In this document: positions 41,640 to 54,889 of the stretch, in pieces
Numbering within the stretch: position 1 is the stretch's first letter
How the letters are laid out: each line of letters starts with the position of its first letter
Source of the DNA: the human T2T-CHM13v2.0 reference genome, Homo sapiens
Length of the DNA stretch: 64,000 nt
Reading direction: 5' to 3' (one strand)
Assembly: GCF_009914755.1 (NCBI RefSeq)
Contig: NC_060936.1
Translations under genes and position numbers: made by a program
Notes under the pieces: model-generated
What the model was told of the DNA's origin: nothing
The model's input: the letters and a program-made list of their open reading frames with translations, nothing else
The model's database searches: none

Positions 41640-42055
41640 TTTTAAATGCATGGGAAAGGTTGAGGGAGCCATAGTGAGGTACCCAGTCACAGTAGAACTC
41701 TTACCATCTCTAGAGCTGAAAGGAGGAGAATTGGGGGTTGTACCAGAACCAGAGAAAGAGAGGTGTGTGGCAACTCTCCAGGAGACAGTGTCCCTCCAAG
41801 AAGAGGGCTTCGTGGAGAAAAGTAGTGACTTTGAGTCCAAGGACACAACCAGACCAAGGTAACCCAAGGAGAGAGTCAAGGGAGCAATCTCTCTTCCTCC
41901 TAACTCCCCTCCACCAGGATGCCCTTGGTCAAGCCAAACCTAGAAGCCAGAGGGCAAGGAAGTCCACAGTAACATCTGCATGGGTCAGCTTCCTAGGCAG
42001 AGAGTAAAGGAAGATGGAGAGTGGAGCTGGAGGGGCAAGCAGAAAAGATCTGGAA
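41640..42055. mobile_element. ERVL-class LTR (LTR33/LTR41-like)
   Basis: agaagccagagggcaagg...ggtcagcttcc...tggagagtggagctggaggggcaagc. Confidence 0.5.
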
Positions 42056-42659
42056 CAAACAGTGTGCTCAGAAAAGAAAAGACAAGAGGATCCCACATGG
42101 ACTTGCAGATATAATACAGAAGCTTCCAACCAGAATGGCATGGGCTCCCTATAAAGAGTCAAGAGACCTGGACCCTTGACCCTGCTGTGCCACACAGAAG
42201 CTGGACACCTGAAGTAAGTCACTTTTCTTCTCTCAGCCTTCCTTTCCTCTTTTGCAAAAGAGGGAAATCTAATGTGCCCTACTTGCCTCAGATGGTCTGA
42301 AGTTCAAACAAGGGAACAGGTGGGAAATTGTATGCTCTTCACAGAGGTATATTTTTATCTCTGCTGCTTTCCAACCCCTGGAAGAGAACAGAGAACCTAA
42401 CACATAGTAGATGCTAACATGTATTTGTCTAAATAATCATGACATTGAAACCCAATCAATGTCTTCTAGGATCCCATGGGGGGTGGATTCACGGCCCCTT
42501 CCACCCAATAATGGGGTGAACTGTATGGACTAAAACCTTCTTGAGGTTATAGCCTCTTATAACCTGCCTTATAAGCATGCTGCGCATTCAGAATTGGTCA
42601 TTTCATAAATTAAGTGGGTCCTGATGGTGGTAGTGGAGCTGCCAGTGATAGTCAGAAGC

Positions 42660-43270
42660 ATACCATCTACTAAAAAAGGACAGAAACCCAAGTCAAATAG
42701 ACTTAACCAAAAAGGAGGATGTATTGGTTCACAAAACAAAAAATTTCATGTCAGATCGAGCGAGTTAGAATAAGGACCCATCAGTTCAAACACGGACCCA
42801 GTTCCTCTCTCTCCCTCTCCATTCTGTCTTGGAAACTGTTAGACTTGAACAGTGTTTGTACACATTTGGACATCTATACAAGGCCCTCTGATGCTCTAGA
42901 AACTTCCTTTCCATTAGCAACACAGTGAACACATGGCTTCCCCGCAGCCTGAGGGGGAAAGAGGGTCTCCTCTGGTTGCTTTCTCAGAGGGGAAAAGAGG
43001 CCTGTCTGTCAAAAATCCAAACAAATATCTTCTTGCATTTCACAGGCCTGGATTGGTTCAGTACTCAACCCTGAGCCAATGCTTGTGGTCTGGGCTGGGG
43101 GCGTGGTGGAGGGAGATTTGTACATTGGCTTGCACTAGTTGGGTCTTGAAGCTGGGTGTTGGCGCAGTCCCACCCAAACCACATGGCTAAGAGAGATAAA
43201 CCTGTCCAGAAAAATGCTAGGTAATCCTGCTAGGGAGAACAGATCGAATGCCGGTGAACATACACAGACC
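42660..43270 (-). mobile_element. Old MaLR LTR (MLT1K-N-like)
   Basis: gacagaaacccaagtcaaatagacttaaccaaaaagg...ccctgagccaat...gtcccacccaaaccacatggcta. Confidence 0.5.
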
Positions 43271-43428
43271 ACTGCCTCACATTTGAGTTACAATTTCCGA
43301 AGCTCCTTTCTCACACATTGTCTCTGTGGACCCTTACAGAAGCTCTCTAAAGGACAGAATGAAGGCTTTTTGGCTCTAATATTTTCCACCACACTTACTA
43401 AGTGCATGCACATCTCTTTCCCTAACAG

Positions 43429-43549
43429 GAGTGATGCCAGGCAAGCCATTTCATTTTACCTCTGCATTCAGGGACATCGTGTTGGTAGCTTGAAGACAGC
43501 CATGCTGGGAATAGTTACACCATGGGAACTGCCAAACAGTACACAACAG
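43429..43549 (+). other. Candidate 121-nt spliced exon (probably non-coding)
   Basis: Acceptor catctctttccctaacag|G with polypyrimidine tract; consensus donor CAG|gtaagt at 43549/43550; no transcript evidence available. Confidence 0.4.
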
Positions 43550-43679
43550 GTAAGTTTTGTTCAGAAAGCTGATTTGCTGGCCCACTGAAGAGCTTCTGGC
43601 TCTGAGATTCTCCACAAAGTTCACCAAGGGGGTCAGAGAAGGATTTGTTTACCAGCCCCAGTCATCCTCCATTCAACCC

Positions 43680-44165
43680 CACAGTGGTATTTCGAGAACA
43701 AGACTATGACATTTCATGACATTCTTTCATAGCTACCTATTACCTTCAAATTATCTTTCCAGATTCATTCCCTTACCCATCCTTTGAGCACTGGTTGTCA
43801 GTCACTTGCTATTCACAAAGCTCCAGCTGTTTTCTCACCTCTGTGACTGTGCACATGCTGTTTCCTCTGCTTGGAACACCCGTGTTTCCATCCTCCACGT
43901 GAGGGACCCTTCCTCCTCCACCAAGACTCAATGCAAAGGCTGCAGGCATTCTCCTCCTCCAGGTAGAGCTGGCTGATCTGTCTTCTGTGGTCCCACCACC
44001 TCTCCACCCCAGAACTGCCAAAATCTTGCTAGAATGTAATTACTCATCTACATATCTGTCACCTCCAGATGACTGCCTGCCTGGTTCACTGTTGTATTCT
44101 CAATGTCTAGCACAGAGCCCAGCCTACACTAGATAGTTCAAAACTAATTCTCAGATCAACAATGA
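43680..44165 (+). mobile_element. L2 3' fragment
   Basis: gcacatgctgtttcctctgcttggaacac...ttcactgttgtattctcaatgtctagcacagagcc. Confidence 0.7.
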
Positions 44166-44829
44166 ATAAAACAAAGAAGTATTTAGCACCCACTATATGC
44201 CAGATACTGTACTAAGCATTGAAATTTGTGAGAGGGGTCAAGACATGGTCCTTGACCTCAAAGAGCTCAGATTATGCACATAAATAAGCAAGATTAAGAC
44301 CTATGCTAAAATAAACAAGATAGAGACCTAAGTTAATCATCATTGCATCCCTTCTACTTAGCACTTAATATGTGCTAAACAACTGTTTGTGGAAAGAACG
44401 ATGGTTCAAAACCCCCTTGACTTATTCAGGCCAGCAGAGGGGCATTCTTGACTCGGCTGTCATTTGTAATACACCATCATCACCAGACACTATTAAGCAT
44501 CCGTGTAGTATAAACACAAAGCGAGTTACACAGACGCAGCCCCTGATGTCTGGGAGTCTGCATTAAACTAATGACATCAGCTCTCGGCAAACAGGAAAGA
44601 ACAAACAAGCAGAGAAAGAAGTTGTGTGCTCCATGGTGAAATGGGAATGAGCAACCCAAGCTCGTGACGGGATCAGGGCACAGGGACATTGAGTACCAGG
44701 GACTCAGGCCAGCCGCCCTTTTTGGGTGGGATAAAGAGCATGCATCACCACTGCATTACCACTCTAAGGAGAAATGAAATGATGAAGACTTGAACACGAG
44801 GTGTGTAAGACTGAGAAATCATAATAGTA

Positions 44830-45070
44830 GTCATGATTGACATTTTCTTCACTATTGTCTGTGCACCAGGTACCATGCTGGCCACTGTATCTCTAGCAGG
44901 TCATTGAATCCTCACAATAGTCCTGAGGTCAATATTCACTTTATACAAATTAAAAACTGAGGTTCAAAAGAGGTAAGTCACTTGCCTAAAATTGCACAGC
45001 CAATAATAGGGAAGCCTGGGTTTCCAACTCAGATCTAATTCCTGAGCCTGATTTTTAGCCATAGCATTAT
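44830..45070 (-). mobile_element. MIR
   Basis: aatcctcacaatag...aaactgaggttcaaaagaggtaagtcacttgcc. Confidence 0.8.
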
Positions 45071-45853
45071 ACTACCTCAGAGAAGCTAGAAAAAGTGCAG
45101 ACAAGTTTTAACCCTCTTTTCCAAGAGGGAAAGAGTTTGGATGAAATATGCATAAGTGTTTGACAGGTGAGCCTCCCTACGGCCAGGATGCAGAACTGCT
45201 CCATCACCACAAAGAAATTCCCTCGTGTTACTCCCTGTAAGTCTCACCCTTCCTCAATAGGCAGTTTGTTTCATAGCTGAGAAACCCAGCCAAGCAAACT
45301 GGGCTAGCACAGATCTCTCTTACATTTTTTGATCTGCTAATTTACTGTTGTGCTTCCTCCACGCAACTGGCTTGTAAATTGCACATCCTCATGAGGGGGT
45401 CATCTTAGCATTTCCCTTCCTCTCTCCTCTTCTCAAGCCTAAAATGCCAACATAAAGCCTTCCAACTGGGACAGGAGATAAGAAATGAGGAGGCAGCTGG
45501 GAGCATGAAATGGATCAGGGTGCAGAGGTAGGAACAGCCCATGGACATGCCTAGTGGCTGGACCAGTTGTGTGTGGTGGTGAGGCGGGAAAGGGTGAACC
45601 TCAATGCCAAGTCAACTTTCTTCTTTTTTGTTGGAAAATTGCAAACATATATTTGACACAGACTCAAATTCACACATGAAGAGAAGCCAGAGTCGAGAGC
45701 TGCAGGCCCCAGGTTCCAAACTGGTCAAAGAAAGCTCACTGTCATTGTAAATCTTCTACAGGAACACTCCTGGTATTGTGTGACCATTAAAGGTATGGGC
45801 TTTGGAATTGGTCCTGTCTGGTATTAACGCTCTGTTTCAGTACTTGGTAGGGA

Positions 45854-46300
45854 TGTTGCGGTGAGTTTGAGTAGTGCCCTGCCCACCCCACTACCACCAA
45901 AAAAAATACATCCACCCAGAACCTCGGAATGTGACCTTATTGAGCCTAAGAGTCTTTGCAGAGATAATAAAGATAAAGTTCTCTAGATGAGACCATCCAG
46001 GATTAAGTTGTGCCCTATATGCAGTGATAGATGTCCTCATAAGAGACAGAAAAAAGAAGACAGGCACACAGGGAGGAAGCCCATGTGAAGACAGAGGCAG
46101 AGACGAGTGATGGAGTCACAAGCCGAGGAATGCCTGGAGCCGCCAGAAGCTGGAAGATGTTAGGAAGGATCCCCGCTAGGGCCTTCGGAGGGAGCACAGC
46201 CCCACCAACACCTCAATTTCAGACATTTCACCTCTAGCACTGTGGGAGAATACATTTCTGTTGTTTTAGGCCACCAAGTTTGGCAGACCTAAAAACTAAT
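45854..46300 (+). mobile_element. MLT1C/D LTR
   Basis: gaatgtgaccttatt...gtctttgcagagataat...ccatgtgaagacagaggcagag...catttctgttgttttaggccacc...aaactaat. Confidence 0.8.
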
Positions 46301-46378
46301 AGGAGTGATGCCAGGCAAGCCATTTCATTTTACCTCTGTAAGACTATTTTCCCATCTTTAACATGTCTAAAATGGGTA

Positions 46379-46804
46379 TGTATTAGGCTGTTCTCACATT
46401 GCTATAAAGAAATCTCTGAGACTGGATAATTCATGAAGAAAAGAGGTTTACTTGGCTCACCATTCTGCAGGCTGTACAGACAGCATGATGCTTGCATCTT
46501 CTCAGCTTCTGGGGAGGTCTCAGGAAGCTTATGGTCATGGCAGAAGGTGAAGGGGGAGCAGGCAACTCGCATAGCCAGAGCAGGAGCATGAGAGAGTGGG
46601 AGGAGGTGCCACACCCTTTTAAATAACCAGATCTCTTGAGAACTCACTCAAACATCAAGGGGATAGTGTTAAACCATTCATGAGACATCCCCCCCCCTCC
46701 GCCCCCACCACGATCCAATCATCTCCCACCAGGTCTCACCTTCAACACTGGGGATTACAATTGAACATGACAGTTGGGTGGGGACACACATCCAAACCAC
46801 ATCA
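46379..46804 (-). mobile_element. MSTA-like solo LTR
   Basis: tgtattaggctgttctcacattgctataaagaaat...ggggacacacatccaaaccacatca; TSD gggta/gggtg. Confidence 0.85.
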
Positions 46805-47357
46805 GGGTGTCAGAATAATATCTGCCTTTCAGAGATGGCAGGAAGATTCAGGGCAGGCCTCTGTAAACAGTTGCTGCTATCATTGTAAATTTTATGAGCC
46901 CATCAATTACAGAAGGATGTCCATGAACAGACTCTCCCCATGCCCTGATAACAAATGTCAAGTGTGAGGAGAGAGAACATGGGGTGCAATGTGTCAATCT
47001 TGTGGACTGTAGCCCAGGACTTCAGAGGTAGTAGGTAGGAAGGGTAAAAATGGTGAAACGCTGAGAGAGGGCAAAAGAAGAGTTCCTTCAAATGCTTCTG
47101 AGAGGGCCTGAGACCCAGCTGCACAGATCTCTGAGCCTCAGTTTGTTTTACTATAAAGTGGGGATAATAAAACCTCCCTCGTCAGGCTGCTCTGAGGATA
47201 AAAGGAAATTCCATGTGGAAAGTGCTTACAACAATTTCTGATATTTATTCACTCACTCCATTGATAATTGTAGAACCCTTCTGTATGCTGGGCACCATGC
47301 TAGGCACATGGAAAGCACTCAATGAATGGTCTCCACTGTTTTTATTTTTGTTACTGC

Positions 47358-47660
47358 TTTTTTTTTTTTTTTTTTTTTGAGACGGAGTCTGGCTTTATCA
47401 CACAGGCTGAGGTGCAGTGGCGTGATCTGGGCTCACTGCAACCTCCACCTCCTGGGTTCAAGCAATGCTCCTGCCTCAGCCTCCCAAAGTAGCTGGGATT
47501 ACAGGCACATGCCACCATGCCCAGCTAATTTTTGTATTTTTAGTAGAGACGGGGTTTTGCCACATTGGCCACGCTGGTCTCGAACTCCTGGCCTCAAGTG
47601 ATCTTCCTGCCTTGGCCTCCCAAAGTGCTAGGATTACAGGCATGAGCCACCACGACTGGC
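47358..47660 (-). mobile_element. AluS
   Basis: Poly-T plus antisense dimer. Confidence 0.92.
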
Positions 47661-48069
47661 TTGTTATTAATATTGGGTGGGCTGAGAACATCTCTACTGA
47701 CTGGGCTTCCCTGACTGTGAAAGAAGGATGAGAAGAGATCATCCTTTCTCCTCCCCATCAATCCCAGTCAGCTCACAGATGTTCTCTTTGGCATGTCCCT
47801 TAGGGGCATCCATCCATCATGGAAATATTTTTCGAGACCACAAGGAGGGGAACGCTGTGGCCAACATTCCCCACCCCTAGGACCATGGGAATCTGCCCTG
47901 AGGACATGGCTCCATGGCTTCCCAGAAATACAACAGGAGTTGAAGGCCGCATAAATCTAGCAAAGTGACTTCAAGCTATTCAAGCTGCTCAGCTAAGAAA
48001 TAGGACACAGGGATGTCACAAGTTCCACTGTGCTTCTGGACCCCAATAAGAAAAATCACTCCATTTGTT

Positions 48070-48540
48070 CTTTCATTTGTTCATTCTTCCAATAAACATT
48101 TTTTGAGCTTCCCTCTGTGTAAGAAGCTGTTCTAGGCTCTGAGAATTCAAAGAGGAGAATAAACAGACGGTATCTCTTCCATCATAGCAATAATAGCTCA
48201 GTTGATCATACATATAAATATATTATTGCAAACTATAAATAAGTACCCCGAGGAGAAGTTACCCATTGTGATAAGAGTGTTCACAAAAAGATCTAACCAT
48301 AGAGTTCAGGAGAGGGGACTGATCAGGGAAGGCTTCCTTAAACTGAAGGCTGGAATACAATGAGTAGAAGCTTAAAAAGTCAGAGTGGGCATGGAGAAGG
48401 GTGCCAGGCAGTGGGAACAGCTTGTGCAAAGGCCCTGTGGTTGGAGGCTGAATTGCTGGAGGGCAGAAAGGAGAAAGGGCTTGTGGAGAACAAGGAATGA
48501 GATAGAACAAAGAGAGCAAGGGTGAGACTTGCAGGCTCTT
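48070..48540 (-). mobile_element. L2 fragment
   Basis: cattcttccaataaacatttttgagc...ccaggcagtgggaacagcttgtgcaaaggccctg. Confidence 0.75.
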
Positions 48541-50017
48541 CTAAACTTTGGAAAAGACCAATCCTTAATCACAGAGCAAACACTTACTGAGCACATCCTT
48601 GATGCCAGGTGCTGTGCCAAGTGTTTTGCATGATCGGCCTCTGTCAGTACTTGTCACAGACTTGTGAGGTTGTCACAGTGTACCTCAGCTCAATTTCACA
48701 GGTAAGAACCTGGGTCAAGGAGGTTTATTTACTTGCTCAAGCAGCAAAAGAAGTCCTTGCAAATATTTTAGCTCTGGGTTTTGGGGTTTTGTTTTGTTTG
48801 TTTGTTTCCTTAAGCAAAAGAAAGATAAGGAGAATTTTTGGAGTTCAGGGGGTTGGAGTAAGGTGGGGAAGGGGTCAGCATACATGACTTGAACACACTC
48901 CCCAGGAAAGTCAGATGGAACAGAATAATATTAACACTGCACATTTGAGTAGCACTTTCTCTTCTTTTGATAGTTCCCTCCAACTCTCAAGGTAATTATT
49001 ATGATTATCCCATTTTCTTAAAGGGGTAAACTGAGGCAATGAAAAGCTGAATGCTGTGCTCTGAAACATAGAACTCATAAATTCTAAGAGCTAAAGCCAG
49101 AACATGAACTGCGTTTTATTTGACTCCTAAAGCAGGGCTCCTTCTGCTCCCTCCAACTTCTACTCTGGGGCTATCAGCCTTCCTTGCCTTGAGTGTGTCA
49201 TCCTGGTCACCATCTCATGCTAAGACTCTTCTCATAAACTCACAGGGATTAATCAGAAGAGAGCATTTTCAAGAAGAGCTTTAATAAACTCTAACCTGGT
49301 TTCTGTACCCTTAAATAGCAAAGGATAAAACACAATGGTTTAACATAATTCCTAATAAGGAATTTTATTTTTTAACAGGAACTTTGTTATAGATCAGGAT
49401 CCGTATTTTATCCTTGTCAGTCACACTTTTCACACCTGTAATCTTAGCCAAGTTTACCTCAACCTGAGTTTCAACTCCCTCGTTTTGTCAAAGGGGGCAT
49501 TATTGCACACCTACTCACCAAGACAGCTGTGAGACTTACAGAAAACAATCCGTGTGAAGTCCTTGGTGCATAGAAAATGCTATGTAAAGTGAGCCCTTAC
49601 TACTCCTATCCCAATGATTATTTCTATTATTAGCAATTACTGTTCATACCTTGTTGGGCAGTGACCCCACAGTTAAGAATGATGAATGAGCTGTCCTCAA
49701 GAACTTTCCAACTAAAAAGGAGGGCCAAGTATTTTCACAAGACAAGGCATCAGGCCATGTTGGAAAGACCTTTAACAAACAAGCTTTGAAACAACAGATA
49801 ATAAATGACCTGATGAACTCTTTGTTAATCAGGGGAGACAAATGCATATGAACTTAAACCTGTGCAGTAGGCTGCTCACACGTGTTATAAGCTAACAGAC
49901 AGACCTCTGCTGGGATATTGTGTATGCCCCACCCCCCCCACCCAATAACATCCCAAGAATATAATATCCCCTTTGGTTAGCTCAGGTCCCCCAGCCATAA
50001 AAAGAAAAAGCGGGTTT

Positions 50018-50342
<325 letters not shown>

Positions 50343-51521
50343 TTATGGAGCACTGTTTTTTCCCATATATTTACATACATTTGCTTACATTATATCCCAA
50401 TTAAGCATTCTGTCAACCCTCTATGATATTTATTCCTGTTACTTCCGTTTTAGAGATGAGAACATTAAAGTTTGTTAAGTCACTTGTCCAAGTGACAGAA
50501 CCAGGTTTTAAATTCTGGGCTGTTTGATTCAACACTCTTAGACCACTTTGCTCTACAGCCACAATTATTGGCCTCCAAGCCCTCTCCAGCTCTAAAGATT
50601 GCACAGTTCTTGGGTATAAACCCATCCTTTGCACTGCTTCCTGAAAATCCTCTTTGCTGTTCTTCCTGGAAATCCTCTTGTAAACGTTATTCTTCCATAT
50701 GTCAGCCTTGGCAGCCCCAGGCAGGGTCAGGGGACAGCCAGGCCAGAGAAGTTGAGTTTCACTAGCCATAAATCCTCTGTCTCCGACATGCCCCTTAACT
50801 GCTTATCTTTGGAAAACATGACCCAGCATAAGCCAGGGGAATGGCAGGCCGAGTCATGAAGCCACTGGCCAGGGAACACGAGGTATCCAGGGTTGTGTTC
50901 CCAACATCAGACTGTGCAATGTCAGCCATCCAACCCACTCTCCCTCCCCCCACAAAATGTTCTGGCCCAGAGAGATGTCACGGGAACATCACCATAGGTC
51001 TCTCATCTAGTCCCCAAGACATTCATTCTTGCCAGATACCCTCCCGGCCATTACCCTGCAGTTGTCCTTCACCCTCTGATGTGTTTCAGATGTGTAAATA
51101 TGATATGAAAGCTCCAATTTCAAAGCCCCTGTGGACTGAGTCTTGGGCCTCTTGGGCCTTGGGTTCTGCACTAAGTGGCCTTTCCCATGGATGGATGGCT
51201 CCATCAGACATCCCTGCAGTGGGCCATCTTCCCAAAGGCCTTCATCTTCCTGACAGAAAGGGTACCAGAATCCCCTCACCCCAGAGTGAGACAAGGGGAA
51301 GAAAGCTGGGGAAAAGATTAAACTCTTGCTAACCTAGGGGGTGCACAATCAGAAAGCTCAAATGACCACACATTGGGTTGGAGGTGTAGGGGGAAGGAGA
51401 GTACCCAATAAACCTATAATTGTCAGAGACTGTTTCCTAAGAGCAACATCGGGGGCAGGGCTCCTCAAATCTGGCTGCACATCAACATCACATGGAGAGG
51501 GTTTTTAAAATACTGCTGCTT

Positions 51522-51815
51522 GGCCGGGTGCAATGGCTCACACCTGTAATCCCAGCACTTTGGGAGGCCAAGGAGGGTGGATCACAAGGTCAGGAGATCG
51601 AGACCATCCTGGCTAACATGGTGAAACCCTGTCTCTACCAAAAATACAAAAAACTAGCCAGGTGTTGTGGCAGGCACCTGTAGCCCAGCTACTCAGGAGG
51701 CTGAGGCAGGAGAATGGAGTGAACCCAGGAGGCAGAGGTTGCAGTGAGTCAAGATCGCGCCACTGCACTCCAGCCTGGGCGACAGAGCAAGACTCCATCT
51801 CAAAAAAAAAAAAAA
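51522..51815 (+). mobile_element. AluSc/Y-like, inserted in a MER5-type element
   Basis: gagatcgagaccatcctggctaacatgg; TSD-like aaaatactgctgctt/aaaattgctgctt. Confidence 0.9.
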
Positions 51816-51924
51816 ATTGCTGCTTGGACCAACCCCTAGAAATTCATATTTGATGAGCCAGAAGTTGGGCTCATTAAATGATGTTGGTAGTTGTTATTGT
51901 GTTTGTTCAAGTTCCTTAGGTGAT

Positions 51925-52468
51925 TCCATTAGTTTTCTATTGCAACATAGCAAAGTACCCCACGTTTAGGGGCTTCAAAGAACACATAGTTATTATCTTA
52001 TAGTTTCTGTGGGTCAGGAGCCCAGGAATGGCTTAGCTGGGGCCTCTGCTTCACGGTCTCATGAGGCTGTAATGAAGACGTTGGCCAGAGGTGGGAGCTC
52101 ATCTGAAAGCCCAACCGTGGATGGATCATCCACTTCCAAGCTTCTCAGGTTGTTGGCAAGAATCAGTTTCCTGCAGGTTGCAGGACTGACAGCCTCAGCT
52201 CCTTGCTGGCTGTTGGTTGGAGACTGCCCCCAGTTATTTTCCATGTGAGCCTCCTCATTGTGGCAACCCTCTTCACCAAAACCAGCAAGGGAGAGAGGCA
52301 GCTAACAAGACAGAAGCTACAATCTTATGCAACATAATTATAGAAGAGCCATCTCATGCCCTTTGCCATGTGCTATTGGCTAGGGCAAGCCACAGGTCCA
52401 GCCAACACTCATGGTATAAATATCCAGTGGTGAGATCATTTCAGGCCATCTTAGGGCCTGTCTACCAC
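51925..52468 (-). mobile_element. MLT1E/F-like LTR
   Basis: atagtttctgtgggtcaggag...gcttagctggg...aggccatcttagggcctgtctaccaca. Confidence 0.75.
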
Positions 52469-52511
52469 AGGGAAACTAAGATGCAGCCAATGTCAAGAAC
52501 CATTCATTTTG

Positions 52512-52690
52512 GGCAGTGGTTTTCAAATCTCTCAAATCAGACTGGCACTTCTCATGCTTTAAAAAGCATATAAATCTCCTGGGAATCTTGTTAAAATGCA
52601 GATCCTGGCTGGCACCTGAGACTGCATTTCTGACTAAGTCCTAGGTGATGCCAATCCACTGATTCTCAAATGACACTTTGAGTCGTGAGG
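52512..52690. mobile_element. MER5A
   Basis: cagtggttttcaaa...atcttgttaaaatgcagat...ctgcatttctgac...ggtgatgcc...cactttgagt. Confidence 0.7.
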
Positions 52691-52940
52691 ATCTAGGGAC
52701 TGTCATGGGGCCAAATCATTTTTTTTAAGGTTCAATTCCCACACTGTTGTCAGTGTCACTAGGGTTAGAGCATCCTCCTCAGATGTTACCAAGTATAAAG
52801 CTCTCTTTATCAGAACATTGGATTAACAAGAATCTCATATTCAATAATGCATCACTGAACACATGCCCTACTTCTAGTCAAATGGGGTAGTAATAAAACC
52901 CTAACAATTTGTTTTTTGAGATATCTGTGTATCAATCGAG

Positions 52941-53250
52941 TTTATAAAATGTAAATCGGATCAGATTCCTCCTCTATGAAAAACCCACTTACAGCTCTTG
53001 TCTTACACAAAGTAGAATCCTTGCCATGGTTTATGTGGTCAGGCTCCTGGGATCTCTCTAACCTCATCTTCCTGTCATTCACTCTGCTTTGGCCACATGG
53101 GCCTCCTTGCTGTTCTCTAAATATGCCAAGCATGGCTAATCCCAGGGCCTTTGCACCTGCAGTCTCTTCTGCCTAGAATACCTTTGCTCCAATATTCACA
53201 TGTATTGCATTCTCATGTCCCACCTGTCTCTGCTCAAATGTCACTGTATC
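52941..53250 (+). repeat. Local direct duplicate of L2 segment 53638-53957, flanked by inverted repeats 52900-52937 / 53255-53289
   Basis: About 90% identity over the 3' ~178 bp by hand count; flanks are reverse complements of each other. Confidence 0.9.
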
Positions 53251-53539
53251 ATTTGATTGATACACACGTATCTCAAAAAAATTATTAGGATTGTAACCGA
53301 AATGCTGCTACAAAAACATGGTTATTACTATCTACCTATTATTGGCTTCAAATGAGATTAGGTTTACAAATAAAAGAAACAAACAGTGGGTTTCCAGTAT
53401 GAGCCTTTTCAATCAAAAACTTTTAAGTCTCATACTTTCTTGATTCTAAAAAGTTTCTGAAATCCAATTATGTCTTAAAACTGATGCATACAGCCAGTAT
53501 ATCGTATTTTTTGTTTCTCTAAAACATCAATAATAACTT

Positions 53540-54172
53540 GGTGCCAATTATTATTATTGCAGTAATCTCATAACTGGCCCTGCTTCCTCCACCTGTGCCC
53601 TCATAGTTTACTCTCCACACAATTACCAGAGTTGTCTTCATGAAATCGAAGTCAGATTAGATTGCTCCTTTATACAAAACCCACCCATTGATCTTGTCTT
53701 ATACAGAGTAGAATCCTTACTGTGGTTAACATGATCAGGCTCCTGTGACCTCTGTGACCTCATCTTCCACCTCTCTTCCTGTCATTCACTCTGCTTTGGC
53801 CATACGGGGCTCCTTGCTGTTCTCTGAATATGCCAAGCATGACCCGCCCCAGGGCCTTTGCACATGCAGTCTCTTCTGCCTAGAACACCTTTGCTCCAAT
53901 ATGCTCATGTACTGCGTCCTCATGTCCCACATGTCTCTGCTCAAATGTCACTTCATCAGGGAGGCCTTCCATAGCTACCTTATTTATAAAAGCACTCCTG
54001 ATCCTGCTTTAGTTGCCTTTGTAATACTTATCCTTTCTTTCTTGTCTGACTCCCTAAACCAGAAGGTACACTCCCAAAAGGTGGGGCTTTGTCCACCTTA
54101 TTCACTGCTGTATCTTTGGCACTTAAATAGCATCCAGCCCATAGGTATCACTTGAATATTTTTTGAAGGAAT
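53540..54172 (+). mobile_element. L2 3' region (apparent donor of the upstream duplicate)
   Basis: cagggcctttgcacatgc...tgctcaaatgtcacttcatcagggaggccttcc...ttcactgctgtatc...tgaaggaatga. Confidence 0.8.
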
Positions 54173-54889
54173 GATACATTGATGGTCTCCTTGAATTAAG
54201 AACCTATGATCTTTCGTTTTTTTTAAAGCCTTTTATAATGTGATTAGGTAAAAATGGCTGTCAACTGAATTTACAAATAAAGGATCTGAGGGTCAGAAAG
54301 ATCAGGTCATTCACCCAGCTACCAAGCTGGTAAGTGGCAGAGCTGCCATTTGCATCCTTGTGGCTTGAAAGCCCCCAGGCCTTCCCACTACAACATTGAG
54401 GGCCAGATGTAAGGTCAGAAGGGACAACTCAGTCACAACTAAAGGGCAGAGTTGTTGTCCAGAGAACCAAGAGGGTTGGGAATCCCTAGGTCCCTGGCTA
54501 TCTCCTCAGGAGCCTTAGCCACACTTGGCACCTGGAGGTAGGATACCAAATACCCAAACTAGATCTCAGGTGGAAACCAACACTGTTGCCATAGAAGATC
54601 CTCCAGGCCACAACCCAGAGAAGGGAGTGAGGAAGTCATTCACCCAGCTCTTCAGAACCTTGGGCAGAGAACTTTCCTCTGGGTGTGTCACACACCACCA
54701 TCACGGTCCCAGAATGGAGACAAATAGCTCCTAAGTTGTTTTGTAAAAGTTTATTTAAATTGACCTAGATGAAACCACCTGTCATTTTAATGCCATATAA
54801 AATCCAAAACCAAAAAACCATGCCATGCATTGCCTTCCAAAACCTCTTAACAGTCCCTGCCAAGACACACACCAGCAACTGCCAGGATT

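Larger units (their letters stand above)
45780..46850 (+). mobile_element. MIR split into three pieces by two LTR insertions
   Basis: ttaaaggtatgggctttgga (5'), gtgatgccaggcaagccatttc...ttttcccatctttaa (46301-46375), aataatatctgcctttcagag (3'). Confidence 0.6.
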
